DNA of 64,000 nt from Alphaproteobacteria bacterium UBA828 (GCA_002296185.1 DBHM01000013.1:5273-69272), one strand, 5' to 3'. Shown: positions 27,501 to 37,883, counted from the first letter of the stretch. Notes: generated by a model not told the origin, from the sequence alone. Program-made: numbers and translations.

Positions 27501-28528
27501 TGAAAGCTATTGTTTTACATGAGTTCGGAGGAATTGAAAAACTTTTATATCAGGACATAGAAACACCTAAACCAGGTCCTGGCCAGGTTTTAGTAAAGAT
27601 CCATGCTAGCGGAATAAACCATTTGGACCATGACCTCCGTGAAGGAATTTCTGGGATTGATCTAAACTTTCCCCATGTAATTGGTGTTGAAGGTGCAGGC
27701 GAAGTAGCAGAACTTGGAGATGGGTCGAATAGATTTTCTATTGGAGATCGAGTTGCAATTCATTTTGCACAAGGAGATCCCACAAGTGATATGTGGCTAT
27801 CTGGACTTGATGGAGTTGACTTTACCCATGGAAGGATCGGTGCATCCCGTTGGGGAACTCATGCTGAATTTTGTGTAGTTGAAGAAACCTCACTAATTAC
27901 AATTCCTACTAATATATCATACGAAAAAGCAGCAGCTTCAATTATTGGTTTAGGAACTGCTTGGCATATGACTGTTAATCTGGGTCAAATCCAAGCCGGA
28001 CAAAAAATTCTAATTAATGCAGCAGGCAGTGTTGTTGGATCCAGTGCTATCCAAGTAGCAAAACTCCATGGCGCACACATAATCGCTACCGTTGGAAGCG
28101 AACAAAAAATGTCAAAGGCAAAAGATATAGGTGCAGATGTGGTTTTAAATTACTCCTCTGATAATATATTTGAATCTATACAGGATATTACCAATGGGAA
28201 GGGTGTAGATTTAGTTATTGAAAGCGTAGGTGGAGATATATTTGCACAAAGTGTCAAGTCAGTGTGCCTAAATGGTCGTTTAGTAACATGTGGAGCTCAT
28301 GCTGGAGAAACAGTCCCTATAAATATTATAGAATTATTTCGTAAGCATATGATGATACATGGGAGTCATCTTGCTGGGCGAAAAGAAATACGGCATATTC
28401 TCGGACTTATTGCTGATGACCAATTAACACCAGTTATTGATTCTACTTTTCCACTTAGTAAGATTGTAGAGGCAGCAAAGAAAACTGCAAATCGGGATGT
28501 TTTTGGTAAAATGCTTTTGCTGCCCTAA
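27500..28528 (+). CDS. Zinc-type alcohol dehydrogenase / quinone oxidoreductase (MDR superfamily)
   Basis: 342 aa. GINHLDHDLREG, GVEGAGEVAELG and NAAGSVVGSSAIQVAKLHGA (Rossmann) blocks. Confidence 0.85.
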   Translation: MKAIVLHEFGGIEKLLYQDIETPKPGPGQVLVKIHASGINHLDHDLREGISGIDLNFPHVIGVEGAGEVAELGDGSNRFSIGDRVAIHFAQGDPTSDMWLSGLDGVDFTHGRIGASRWGTHAEFCVVEETSLITIPTNISYEKAAASIIGLGTAWHMTVNLGQIQAGQKILINAAGSVVGSSAIQVAKLHGAHIIATVGSEQKMSKAKDIGADVVLNYSSDNIFESIQDITNGKGVDLVIESVGGDIFAQSVKSVCLNGRLVTCGAHAGETVPINIIELFRKHMMIHGSHLAGRKEIRHILGLIADDQLTPVIDSTFPLSKIVEAAKKTANRDVFGKMLLLP

Positions 28529-28540
28529 TTACAGATATAT

Positions 28541-30328
28541 TTATTTCTTTAAATTATGTTGCCGTACTTTATCCGTAGCATTTATATCAACACTACCATC
28601 GTCATTTAGAATGACGCCATATACGTCTGTTACTGTTTGCTCTGAAATCCATCTATCATTTAGGTCATCCACCACTAAATTAACATCTCTCTCATTAGGG
28701 TCACCATAACCACCACCCCCACAAGAATAAGATACAATTGTATGACCCTGTGGTATAATTGCTTGCTCACATGATTCTAAAGGATGTAAATCGCCATTGG
28801 GATCTCTTCTAAATTGGTTAGCGCAGCCACCTGGCCCACCACCCCGCACTCCTTCTGCTGGTGTTTCGTTACCATCGCTTACATAACCTACTTCCATTTC
28901 ACCATCGGTAGGACCAAACTCACAAAAAACTCCAGCCCCCCCTCTAGTTCTTCCTGCTCCACCAGAATCAGTAACAAAATGTCTTCCTTTAACCAACATC
29001 GGAAAGCGCATTTCATCAAGTTCTATACTATCAAGGTAGGATAAACCTGCATTTCCTATATGACCTAATGTCAACCAGGCATCATTATGAGGCGCTGCTG
29101 CGCCACCACCCCAACCAAGAAATATTTGATTCACATAAGGGCCTCCAGTCATCTCACTAGATCCAGAGATTACGCCAATACTGGGCGGGATTATTGCGGC
29201 AGCAGCAGCCATACCATAACCATCCCCCAACTCAGCAATAGCACGCTGCGTAGCATTACCTACTCTATCAGCGATATTAGTAGTAGCAACTGAACAACTT
29301 GTAGGATGCTTTGGTATACCTACAACACAATTCTCCCTTAATTTAATATCTACTCTACGGAAAGAACCTTGATTAGTTGGAACATCCGCAGGAACAGAAT
29401 TAAAAACGCCTAAAAGAGCAGAGGTTTCTGCACACGCTTGGCTAAGGTTCAGACCGCATGGAAGGCAATCAGGGTTATCTCGCAGGTCTACTTCGATCAT
29501 TGCGGATTCTGTATCTACTTTTACTTCGACTTTAATATCGACACCTTCTTCCATTCCAGGAAATGGGTCATGACGGGTATGAACAACCTTTGTACCACCA
29601 GGCATATTTCTAACTGCCGATATCATAAGTTGCTCACTGTAATCGAACCATTGTAAAGCGAACTGCTCAAGAGTTTCCCAGCCCACTTCAGAACCTAATG
29701 CTAGTATTTCTCTTTCACCTATTCGAGCAGCACCAAGAGCAGCTAAATAATCGCCCCACCACTGATCAGGAACTCTGATACGCATTTTACACATTCGAAT
29801 AATATCATCTATATCCTTATAATTTTCTTGGATACGAATAGCAGGAAAGATTAGAGCTCCTTCCTGATAAACATCTTTAGCTCCACCGTGATATGTTGTG
29901 GGAATTGAATTACCACAATCAGCCTGATGTGCTTTTGCAACCATTGTAAAACGATGAATTCCATCATCATCAATTACAGGTACTAGAGTAGTATGATCAG
30001 CAGCATGTGACCCACCGTGGTATGGAGAATTATGCATAAAAGCATCACCCCTCCGAAGCTCAGGGTGAAATTCTTTCATTGATGCTGCCATCATATCAGC
30101 ACCACGGAGTACATGAATTGGTAGACTTTCATTAACAGATAATAATGAGTTGTCTCCAGTAACTAAGCAGCAAGAAAAATCTCTTGCACTATTTAGCACT
30201 CCAGACCTTCCAGTCCTAAGTAGCGTATTAGACATTTTGCGGCATATAGCTTCCATTCGCTTATTCAAGACCGCCATTTGCACACCATCTAACTTACGTT
30301 CTTTTTTTGCCTTTAATTCAATAGACAT
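28541..30328 (-). CDS. Hydantoinase B/oxoprolinase family protein (HyuB-like, set 2)
   Basis: 595 aa. C-terminal CGGGGYGDPNERDV. It lies 20 nt downstream of HyuA set 2. Confidence 0.9.
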   Translation of the reverse strand: MSIELKAKKERKLDGVQMAVLNKRMEAICRKMSNTLLRTGRSGVLNSARDFSCCLVTGDNSLLSVNESLPIHVLRGADMMAASMKEFHPELRRGDAFMHNSPYHGGSHAADHTTLVPVIDDDGIHRFTMVAKAHQADCGNSIPTTYHGGAKDVYQEGALIFPAIRIQENYKDIDDIIRMCKMRIRVPDQWWGDYLAALGAARIGEREILALGSEVGWETLEQFALQWFDYSEQLMISAVRNMPGGTKVVHTRHDPFPGMEEGVDIKVEVKVDTESAMIEVDLRDNPDCLPCGLNLSQACAETSALLGVFNSVPADVPTNQGSFRRVDIKLRENCVVGIPKHPTSCSVATTNIADRVGNATQRAIAELGDGYGMAAAAAIIPPSIGVISGSSEMTGGPYVNQIFLGWGGGAAAPHNDAWLTLGHIGNAGLSYLDSIELDEMRFPMLVKGRHFVTDSGGAGRTRGGAGVFCEFGPTDGEMEVGYVSDGNETPAEGVRGGGPGGCANQFRRDPNGDLHPLESCEQAIIPQGHTIVSYSCGGGGYGDPNERDVNLVVDDLNDRWISEQTVTDVYGVILNDDGSVDINATDKVRQHNLKK

Positions 30329-30348
30329 TTTGCGTTCCTATAAAATTT

Positions 30349-32418
30349 CTAAGGAGCCGGTTCTATGACCAGGCTGCCACTCTTCATTTTCGAAGCTTTT
30401 GCTTCCGGATCAATGACCACAGTTGTAAAAGAGGATTCTATTATCGCTGGGCCTGTAATAAAAAGTTCACTATCCATTGATTCAAATTTATGGACCGGAG
30501 TATCGATAAAACCAACACCATCAAAATAAGCTTGTCTAAATTCCTGATTAGACTCAACTTCACAATCTTCAACTAGCTGAAATGCATGCTTATCCCTTAG
30601 TCTACAACTAATATTTGCTCTCCATCCGACAAATTCTATATCCGATTGCTTATCAGAAATAGCAAATAAATCTTCATGAGTAGAATGAAAATCAGAATGT
30701 AATTTAGCTAGGTCATCTTCATTAGATATCAAACCGCCTCTTAAAGGTACCTCGATTTCCCAAATTTGACTTGGATAACGAGCTTCTGCGGTAAATTCAA
30801 TAGTATGATCAATACATCCTTCACCGGGTCCACTTAAGAATAACTTACATTGACTTAAAAGATTATCAAGGAGGCCATTAACACCTTTAAAATCAAAGTT
30901 TGAGGTATCTGTAAATAAAGTTGCGCTATACTCTCCTCTTAGATCAGACATTAAGGCACCAGCTGCAGAAAGTGTTGCAGACGTATCTGGAATAATTACT
31001 TGCTTACATCCTAATCTTTGCCCTATCGCGACCATATTTAAACCCGCCGCTCCTCCTCCACCAATTAATACAGCATCTCTAGGATCTATTCCTTGATTAA
31101 CTGTAATATCCTCAATAGCATGAACCATATTCTCGGTAGCGACTTTTAGAACTGCATAAGCAGCTTCTTTTGTTTCTAGTCCAAGTTTATCAGCAATACC
31201 TGAATTAATTGCTTTCAATGCGGCTTTATGATCAAGGTGCATTGCACCACCTAGAAAGTAATTAGGGTCAATCCATCCTAAAACGACTGAGGCATCTGTT
31301 ACAGTCGCCTCTGTACCGCCCTTTCCATAGCAAACAGGTCCCGGAACAGCTCCAGCACTTTGAGGGCCTACATGAAGCAACCCTCCTTCATCAACCCATG
31401 CTATACTTCCACCTCCAGCACCTATACTTTTAACATCAACTGCGGGAAATCCTGTCATATGGCCACGATAAGGTTGACCAATCCAAGTTTCTCTAGTCCA
31501 TGGAATTCTGCCGCCTCTAACTAGACTAACATCGAATGTAGTGCCCCCTGTATCTGCAATAATTGCAGTATCTACCCCCGTATCATGGCTAGAATAATAA
31601 CGACCTGCTACAGGAGCCATAGCTGGCCCTGAATTAATAGAATGAATGGGAGATTTAGCCATATCAGCTGCATCCATTGCACCACCCTGAGTCGTTACAA
31701 CCAAAACACGGCCATCGAAACCAGCATCTTTTAAACGCTCTTTAAGCCCACCAAGATAACTACCCATAAGGGGTTTTAGTGAAGAATCGATAACAGTTGA
31801 TGATGCTCGCCTATATTCTCTTAGAGAAGGATTAATTTTATGGGAAAGGGTATAAGGAATACCAGGTAAATGCTCTTCAATCAGTTTCCCAATTTTATTT
31901 TCGTGAATCGGATTAACAATTGACCATAATAAACATACACCAATTGCTTCTACTTTTTCTTGCCTTATACTTTCTAATGTTTCTATTAAATGATTCTCAT
32001 CGAGAGGCTCAATTATTCGACCGTCATAAGCAACACGCTCTTGAATTTCATAAGTTAAGGATCGCGGAACATATGGCTTAGGAAAATCAGCAGTAAAATC
32101 AAAAGGCTCAGCTCTCCCGCCCTCTCTAAAAACTAATACATCCGGATGTCCCATTGTTGTCAAAAAAGCTGTCTTTGCAGTGTTATTGGTTACAATAGCG
32201 TTAATAGCACGCGTAGTGCCGTGAATAAGCATATCTCCCTTTAATAAAAAATCTCTATCAGACAAACCAAAATCGTTTGCAGCTAAATGAAGTGTATCGA
32301 GAACACCTTTTATAGGGTCATCAGGTGTTGTAGAGGATTTATAAAGACGAACATCACCATTAACATCTTCTACAACTAGATCTGTAAAAGTACCACCTGT
32401 ATCAACTGCAAATCTCAT
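30349..32418 (-). CDS. Hydantoinase A/oxoprolinase family protein (HyuA-like, set 2)
   Basis: 689 aa. MRFAVDTGGTFTDLVV, ADTGGTTFDVS and GAGGGSIAWV. Confidence 0.9.
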   Translation of the reverse strand: MRFAVDTGGTFTDLVVEDVNGDVRLYKSSTTPDDPIKGVLDTLHLAANDFGLSDRDFLLKGDMLIHGTTRAINAIVTNNTAKTAFLTTMGHPDVLVFREGGRAEPFDFTADFPKPYVPRSLTYEIQERVAYDGRIIEPLDENHLIETLESIRQEKVEAIGVCLLWSIVNPIHENKIGKLIEEHLPGIPYTLSHKINPSLREYRRASSTVIDSSLKPLMGSYLGGLKERLKDAGFDGRVLVVTTQGGAMDAADMAKSPIHSINSGPAMAPVAGRYYSSHDTGVDTAIIADTGGTTFDVSLVRGGRIPWTRETWIGQPYRGHMTGFPAVDVKSIGAGGGSIAWVDEGGLLHVGPQSAGAVPGPVCYGKGGTEATVTDASVVLGWIDPNYFLGGAMHLDHKAALKAINSGIADKLGLETKEAAYAVLKVATENMVHAIEDITVNQGIDPRDAVLIGGGGAAGLNMVAIGQRLGCKQVIIPDTSATLSAAGALMSDLRGEYSATLFTDTSNFDFKGVNGLLDNLLSQCKLFLSGPGEGCIDHTIEFTAEARYPSQIWEIEVPLRGGLISNEDDLAKLHSDFHSTHEDLFAISDKQSDIEFVGWRANISCRLRDKHAFQLVEDCEVESNQEFRQAYFDGVGFIDTPVHKFESMDSELFITGPAIIESSFTTVVIDPEAKASKMKSGSLVIEPAP

Positions 32419-32473
32419 ACTATTCTCACAATTTTTATTTAAATAAATTAATGGCTACATAGACTAGAAAAAA

Positions 32474-32839
32474 TCAATCAATTATTTCAGTATCTGCTCC
32501 TCTAAAAAAACAACTACGGTAATTTAGATGGCACGCATCTCCTTTTTGATCCACCAAAAGTAGTAAAGTATCTCCATCACAGTCAATTCTAATATCTTTT
32601 AATTTTTGAACATTACCCGAAGTCTCCCCTTTCCTCCAAAGATTTTTTCTTGAGCGAGACCAATAACAAGCGTAACCTTCCTTAAATGTTGTATGAATAG
32701 ACTCTTCGTTCATCCAAGCCATCATTAAAACTTCTTTAGTATCATATTGCTGAACAATAGCTGGAACGAGTCCTGAAGAATTAAACGCAACATTAGAGAC
32801 AAATGTATCAGAAATTTCCTGGGAAAATTTTTTCTCCAT
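32474..32839 (-). CDS. hisI: Phosphoribosyl-AMP cyclohydrolase
   Basis: 121 aa. LVPAIVQQYDTKEVLMMAWMNEES...YWSRSRKNLWRKGETSGNVQKL..IRIDCDGDTLLLLVDQKG.ACH is the canonical monofunctional HisI sequence. Confidence 0.85.
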   Translation of the reverse strand: MEKKFSQEISDTFVSNVAFNSSGLVPAIVQQYDTKEVLMMAWMNEESIHTTFKEGYACYWSRSRKNLWRKGETSGNVQKLKDIRIDCDGDTLLLLVDQKGDACHLNYRSCFFRGADTEIID

Positions 32840-33050
32840 TTAAAATAACCCTTAAAATAATATCCTCAAATGATTAATAAAGGAAAATTATGACCTTATA
32901 ATAAATTATCTCGTTTAAAAACCCTTGTGCTACTCTCTGTCTAAAGAATAATTCACATTATATTACAAAATCTGCAAAAAAACTTATATCATATATTTTT
33001 GAACTATATACAGATGATATATATCATATTTCTAAATAAGCAGAGCTATA

Positions 33051-33824
33051 ATGGATAGTTTTATAAAAGAAGAAGCATATGAAGGTATTACAGTTTTAAC
33101 TCTGTCAAGAGTAGAAAAACGTAATGCACTTAATTATCGTATGGCAAACGAGATAATTGATACACTTGAGAAATTAACAAAATCTGATGATTGTAAAGCT
33201 GTAGTTATTACAGGATCAGGTTCTAAAGCATTTTGCTCAGGTATGGATCTCAATAATTTAGCAAAATTTGATGAGATTGAAGCTACTAATTGGGTTACAA
33301 ACCTTCAAAAGCTATACACTACTATAAGGATGTTCGATAAACCACTCATTGCTGCTATTAACGGTATCGCCGCTGGTGCAGGTTATCAAATTGCACTTTT
33401 AGCAGATATAAGGATAGGTTGCCCGAATACCAAGATGAGCCAACCAGAAATAAATGTTGGATTACCTAGCTTACTCGGTGCTCATTTGATGCTACCATTT
33501 TTAGGGTTATCAAAAACAACGGAGCTTACTTATACAGGACGTACTATGGATTCTGATGAAGTTTTACAACTTGGTTTAATAAGCAAGATTGTTTCTTCTG
33601 AAAAACTTCTAGAAGAGTCAATTGATTATGCTGAAGATTTGGCAAGTAAGTCACCTTTAGCTTTTAGAAAAACTAAGGAACAATTACGCAAAATTACTCA
33701 GCCAGGACTTGATAAATTATTTACAGAGGCAAAAAGAATACAAAGTGAGGCTTTCTCAACGGGTGAGCCTCAAAAAATTATTCTAGAGAAAATAAAAGAA
33801 TTTAAAAATCCTATGAAACAATAA
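33051..33824 (+). CDS. Enoyl-CoA hydratase/isomerase (crotonase) family protein (paralogue 1)
   Basis: 257 aa. VVITGSGSKAFCSGMDL and AAINGIAAGAGYQIALLADIRI oxyanion-hole blocks. Confidence 0.85.
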   Translation: MDSFIKEEAYEGITVLTLSRVEKRNALNYRMANEIIDTLEKLTKSDDCKAVVITGSGSKAFCSGMDLNNLAKFDEIEATNWVTNLQKLYTTIRMFDKPLIAAINGIAAGAGYQIALLADIRIGCPNTKMSQPEINVGLPSLLGAHLMLPFLGLSKTTELTYTGRTMDSDEVLQLGLISKIVSSEKLLEESIDYAEDLASKSPLAFRKTKEQLRKITQPGLDKLFTEAKRIQSEAFSTGEPQKIILEKIKEFKNPMKQ

Positions 33825-35955
33825 CTACAGAATCGACCGCAACACATTTATCAAGACCTATCTTAATTGGGTTTATATCAACTTCTATTATTTCAGGTAA
33901 GCACAAAGATAATTCTCCTAATATCCTAACAATTTCAACAAACTGCAATATTGATTCAGAAGATACTTTATCTGAGTCATTTAAAGTCGATTCAATTCGT
34001 AAAGTATTTAATGCTTTAATTACTTGATTGTTATTAAAGGGAGGAACAAGCAAATCATAATCAGATAAAAGCTCGACCATAGAGCCTCCAGTCCCAACTG
34101 TCACAACAGGCCCAAATACTGGATCTCTTTTCATGCCTACTATTAATTCAATTGAATCTGGGATCATTTCCTCTATTAAAAAACCATCAACTTTCGCAAG
34201 AGGATGAAGTTCCTTAACTCTCTCTAAAATTTCATTCGCGCCTAAAGTTACATCATTGCTTGATCTTAAATTTAAAAGTACTCCACCAGATTGAGCTTTA
34301 TGAATAATATCTGAAGATGAGATTTTGAGAGCAACAGGATAGCCTATCGATTCTGCTGCAGCTACTGCTGTTTTTATATCCTTTGAATGTTTGTATTTTG
34401 CCATAGGAATTCCACAATGACTTAAAACGGTTCGAGAATCATATTCAGATAAAGATCCTCTTTTTTTTCCAATAAGCTCATGAAGTTCATTTGATTTTAA
34501 GTTTATTACTGGAACATTATATTTTTCATATTTAAAAAATGCCTCGTGCTCAAAAGTTTGATTTAACAATGATTGTTCACAAAGTATATTAGCCATATGA
34601 GCTAGTTGTTTTGGCGTACGATATACCGGAACTCCTAACTTACGAAGAGTTTTAGGCCCCTCCGGATCACCACCAAACCAACCAGCAATCATAGGCTTAG
34701 ATATTAGCTTATTTGCATCGCCTATTTGTTCAGTTATTTTGTCTGTATGCTGTCTAATTACACCAGGAAAAGGGATCACAATATCAATATTCTGATCTTC
34801 AGCAACAACTTGAAGCTGTTTTGATATAACACTAGGATTCGTCAACCATTTTAATGTTACATCAGCTGGATTTTTTGGACTACCAAAACTAGGTAAGGTT
34901 TTTGATAAATTTTTCTCTGTTTCTGCCGAAAAGTTGGGAAGAGATAAACCAACTGACCCCAAAGCATCCGCACATAAAACTCCTATTCCTCCCGAATTGG
35001 TTAAAAGTCCTATATTTTTTCCTTCTGTGGGTATATTACATAGAGATAGTAATTCGAGGGCATCGATAAGAGTTTCGATATCTTCAACAACAACAGCACC
35101 CCATTGCCGTAATGCAGCGCAATGTGTATTCCAGTTTCCAGCCAAAGCAGCTGTATGTGATGCAGCAGCACGAAGACCTACCTCATCACGACCCCCTTTT
35201 AATAATACAACATAAACACCCTGTGAACGTGCAAAAATTATACTTTCTCTAAGTTTTTCTGCTTGATTAACGCATTCAATATAAGCACCTATAACTTTGA
35301 TTTTTTTTCTGGTAGCGCCATAATTTATAATATCAGCAATTGAGACATCTATTTCATTACCAAGACTTACCAGAAAGCCCATACCTATGCCCCGGTCTAT
35401 ACATTCATTAGCTACAATTCCGCCCATAACACCACTATGTCCAGCAAACCCTATTGGGCCAGTTTGATCTAATCCAGGCTTAAGTTCCGAACTAAAATAT
35501 GCAACCATAGATTGGTGGAAATTTGCTATACCTTGGCTATTTGGTCCACATACTAAAGTTTCACCATTAAAAATTATGTCTCTTAGTTTAATTTCGATCT
35601 TACTACCTAAGGGTCCAATCTCAGAAAACCCACTAGAATAAACTACAGCTGCATCCACACCTGCAATCTGACAATTTTTTAGAGAATTACAGACTAATTC
35701 TGCTGGTAAAGATATTATAGCTAGATCAATTTTCTCATTTATATCTCTAATATCTTTATGGCATTTCAATCCTGCAATATACTCCCTACCTGGATTTATA
35801 GGTATAATTTTTCCTTTAAATCCAAAAGATTGAAGATATCTAACAGCTCGGCCACCAGGTTTAGCAAGATTTTCACTAGCCCCAACTACAGCAATTGTCT
35901 TCGGTTCTAATAACCCCGAAAGGTCTCTTACTAATTTTTCTTCTCTATTTATCAT
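33811..35955 (-). CDS. ADP-forming acyl-CoA synthetase (fused CoA-binding/ligase + ATP-grasp domains)
   Basis: 714 aa. N-terminal IAVVGASENLAKPGG (CoA-binding), a central succinyl-CoA-ligase-like region and a C-terminal ATP-grasp (GYPVALKISS...). The 3' end overlaps the convergent crotonase by 14 nt. Confidence 0.8.
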   Translation of the reverse strand: MINREEKLVRDLSGLLEPKTIAVVGASENLAKPGGRAVRYLQSFGFKGKIIPINPGREYIAGLKCHKDIRDINEKIDLAIISLPAELVCNSLKNCQIAGVDAAVVYSSGFSEIGPLGSKIEIKLRDIIFNGETLVCGPNSQGIANFHQSMVAYFSSELKPGLDQTGPIGFAGHSGVMGGIVANECIDRGIGMGFLVSLGNEIDVSIADIINYGATRKKIKVIGAYIECVNQAEKLRESIIFARSQGVYVVLLKGGRDEVGLRAAASHTAALAGNWNTHCAALRQWGAVVVEDIETLIDALELLSLCNIPTEGKNIGLLTNSGGIGVLCADALGSVGLSLPNFSAETEKNLSKTLPSFGSPKNPADVTLKWLTNPSVISKQLQVVAEDQNIDIVIPFPGVIRQHTDKITEQIGDANKLISKPMIAGWFGGDPEGPKTLRKLGVPVYRTPKQLAHMANILCEQSLLNQTFEHEAFFKYEKYNVPVINLKSNELHELIGKKRGSLSEYDSRTVLSHCGIPMAKYKHSKDIKTAVAAAESIGYPVALKISSSDIIHKAQSGGVLLNLRSSNDVTLGANEILERVKELHPLAKVDGFLIEEMIPDSIELIVGMKRDPVFGPVVTVGTGGSMVELLSDYDLLVPPFNNNQVIKALNTLRIESTLNDSDKVSSESILQFVEIVRILGELSLCLPEIIEVDINPIKIGLDKCVAVDSVVIVS

Positions 35956-35964
35956 AGAAGAAAC

Positions 35965-36342
35965 TTAAATAGGCTTCCATGCTATTGCCTCTACTTCAAC
36001 TTTTGCGTCAACCATAAGCTTTGCTTCAACAGTAGCTCTCGCTGGAGGATCTTTAGGAAAATATTGAGAGTAAACTTCATTGAAATCCTGAAAGTCTTTG
36101 GTGCTTTCAAGCCAGCAAGTACATTTAATAACATCACTTATCTCACATTCAGCTTCTCGTAATAATGAAACTATTCTATCCATTACGATTCTAGTTTGAG
36201 CTGCAACATCTCCATCTACTATTTTACCATCATCTCCAACAGGAATTTGACCAGATACAAAAACATAATCACCAGCTCTTACTGCTCCTGAAAGGGGCAA
36301 TCCTGGAATATTACCATATACTTTTTTTGTTTTATCATTCAT
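35965..36342 (-). CDS. RidA/YjgF/TdcF family (enamine/imine deaminase-like)
   Basis: 125 aa. GDYVFVSGQIP...AQTRIVMDRI...PARATVEAKL...VEVEAIA. It lies 9 nt upstream of the acyl-CoA synthetase. Confidence 0.8.
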   Translation of the reverse strand: MNDKTKKVYGNIPGLPLSGAVRAGDYVFVSGQIPVGDDGKIVDGDVAAQTRIVMDRIVSLLREAECEISDVIKCTCWLESTKDFQDFNEVYSQYFPKDPPARATVEAKLMVDAKVEVEAIAWKPI

Positions 36343-36423
36343 TTTTTTACCCTTATTGTTAATTTATTTCACGCTGCGGTATCACCGTTATATAATTTGG
36401 TCAATATATAGGGAGTAAGTATA

Positions 36424-37173
36424 GTGAGAAGATTAGAAGGACACATAGCAGTAATAACTGGTGGCGCCGGAGGAATAGGCAAAGAAATAGCCAAAAGGTT
36501 CTCCTATGAAGGAGCCGCAATAGCTCTATTAGATATAGATAAAGAGGCAGTTGAGAAAGTAGCGTCTGAAATATCTAAAGATGGGGGAAATATTATATCC
36601 TCTATCATTGATGTTACAAATGAAGAATCTATTTTAAATGCATATAGTAATGTTACTTCCAATATTGGAGACCCTGACATATTAGTAAATTCAGCAGCGA
36701 TAGCTGGAGGCTCAGAACTTGAAGATATAAGCACTTCAGACTGGGATCAAATAATGAATATTAACCTTCGAGGAACTTTTCTTTGTTGTAGAGAAATCAT
36801 ACCAATAATGAAAAGGATTGGTTGGGGCCGAATAATTAATATTGCTTCTGAAGTTGCAGATAGGGGACACCCCGGGCTTAGTCACTATGCAGCATCTAAG
36901 GCAGCAGTAATAGCAATGACAAAATGCCTAGCACTGGAAGTGGTGAATGACAACATAAGAGCAAATGTTTTATCTCCTGGACCAACTAAAACACAAATGC
37001 TCGATGGTCTTGATGAAATAACACTATCGAATCTACTCTCAGACCTTATGCCAATAGGAAGATTAGGAAAACCTGAGGAGATAGCAGCAGCAGCAGTATA
37101 TCTAGCCTCAGACGAAGCAGACTTTTGTGTGGGAACAACATTAAATATAAATGGAGGCACATATAGATCATAG
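36424..37173 (+). CDS. Short-chain dehydrogenase/reductase (FabG-like)
   Basis: VITGGAGGIGK cofactor motif and the YAASKAAV catalytic YxxxK. GTG start behind GGGAG. Confidence 0.85.
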   Translation: MRRLEGHIAVITGGAGGIGKEIAKRFSYEGAAIALLDIDKEAVEKVASEISKDGGNIISSIIDVTNEESILNAYSNVTSNIGDPDILVNSAAIAGGSELEDISTSDWDQIMNINLRGTFLCCREIIPIMKRIGWGRIINIASEVADRGHPGLSHYAASKAAVIAMTKCLALEVVNDNIRANVLSPGPTKTQMLDGLDEITLSNLLSDLMPIGRLGKPEEIAAAAVYLASDEADFCVGTTLNINGGTYRS

Positions 37174-37195
37174 TTTTTGAAGATTAAGAGAGGAT

Positions 37196-37876
37196 TTATT
37201 TAAGTACTCTTAACACTTCATCTGAAGACATGACATCTCCAAATTGCTGTATGAATGTTTCCAAGGTTACTAAATGCTCTTCGTCAGAAAGAGCCGCAAG
37301 GCAATCTGATACCATAACAGTTTTAAAATCTAGCATCATAGCATCTCTTCCAGTTGCATCACAGCAAACATTAGTTTTAGTACCTGCAATCAAGAGAGTA
37401 TCTAGATTATTACTTCTAAGGTAACGTTCTAGGTTGGAAGATCCTGAGATTAAAGCGCTATATCTATTTTTAGTTAGCTTAATATCAGAAGATAAAATAT
37501 CCAGCTCATGCCAAAAGTCTTGGCCCTCTTCACCCGCTCGTAATCCCTTAATAGTTTTATCCTTCATATCATCTGAAACAAAGTAATCAAAAAAATTCGA
37601 CCAATCTGTTGAGTCACCGAAATCTTGATTTGCGTGAGCTATCCAAATAATTGTACCACCCTTAGAACGAATATTTTCTGCGAGTTTATTTATATTTGAA
37701 ACTATATTACGACCCATAGGAACTTCAACAGCTCCCCCTGGTTTCAGAAAAGTATTCTGCATATCAATGACTACAAGAGCGAGATGTTGAGGGGATAAGT
37801 GGTCGAACAAATGAAACTTACCACGCCTGGAAACAACTCGATCGATAATATTTTTTCTGATAGCAACCTGATGCAT
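37196..37876 (-). CDS. Isochorismatase-family cysteine hydrolase (paralogue 3)
   Basis: 226 aa. LALVVIDMQNTF and LLIAGTKTNVCCDATGRDA motifs. Last gene of the HyuAB set 3 operon (7-nt gap). Confidence 0.75.
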   Translation of the reverse strand: MHQVAIRKNIIDRVVSRRGKFHLFDHLSPQHLALVVIDMQNTFLKPGGAVEVPMGRNIVSNINKLAENIRSKGGTIIWIAHANQDFGDSTDWSNFFDYFVSDDMKDKTIKGLRAGEEGQDFWHELDILSSDIKLTKNRYSALISGSSNLERYLRSNNLDTLLIAGTKTNVCCDATGRDAMMLDFKTVMVSDCLAALSDEEHLVTLETFIQQFGDVMSSDEVLRVLK

Positions 37877-37883
37877 AACTACC

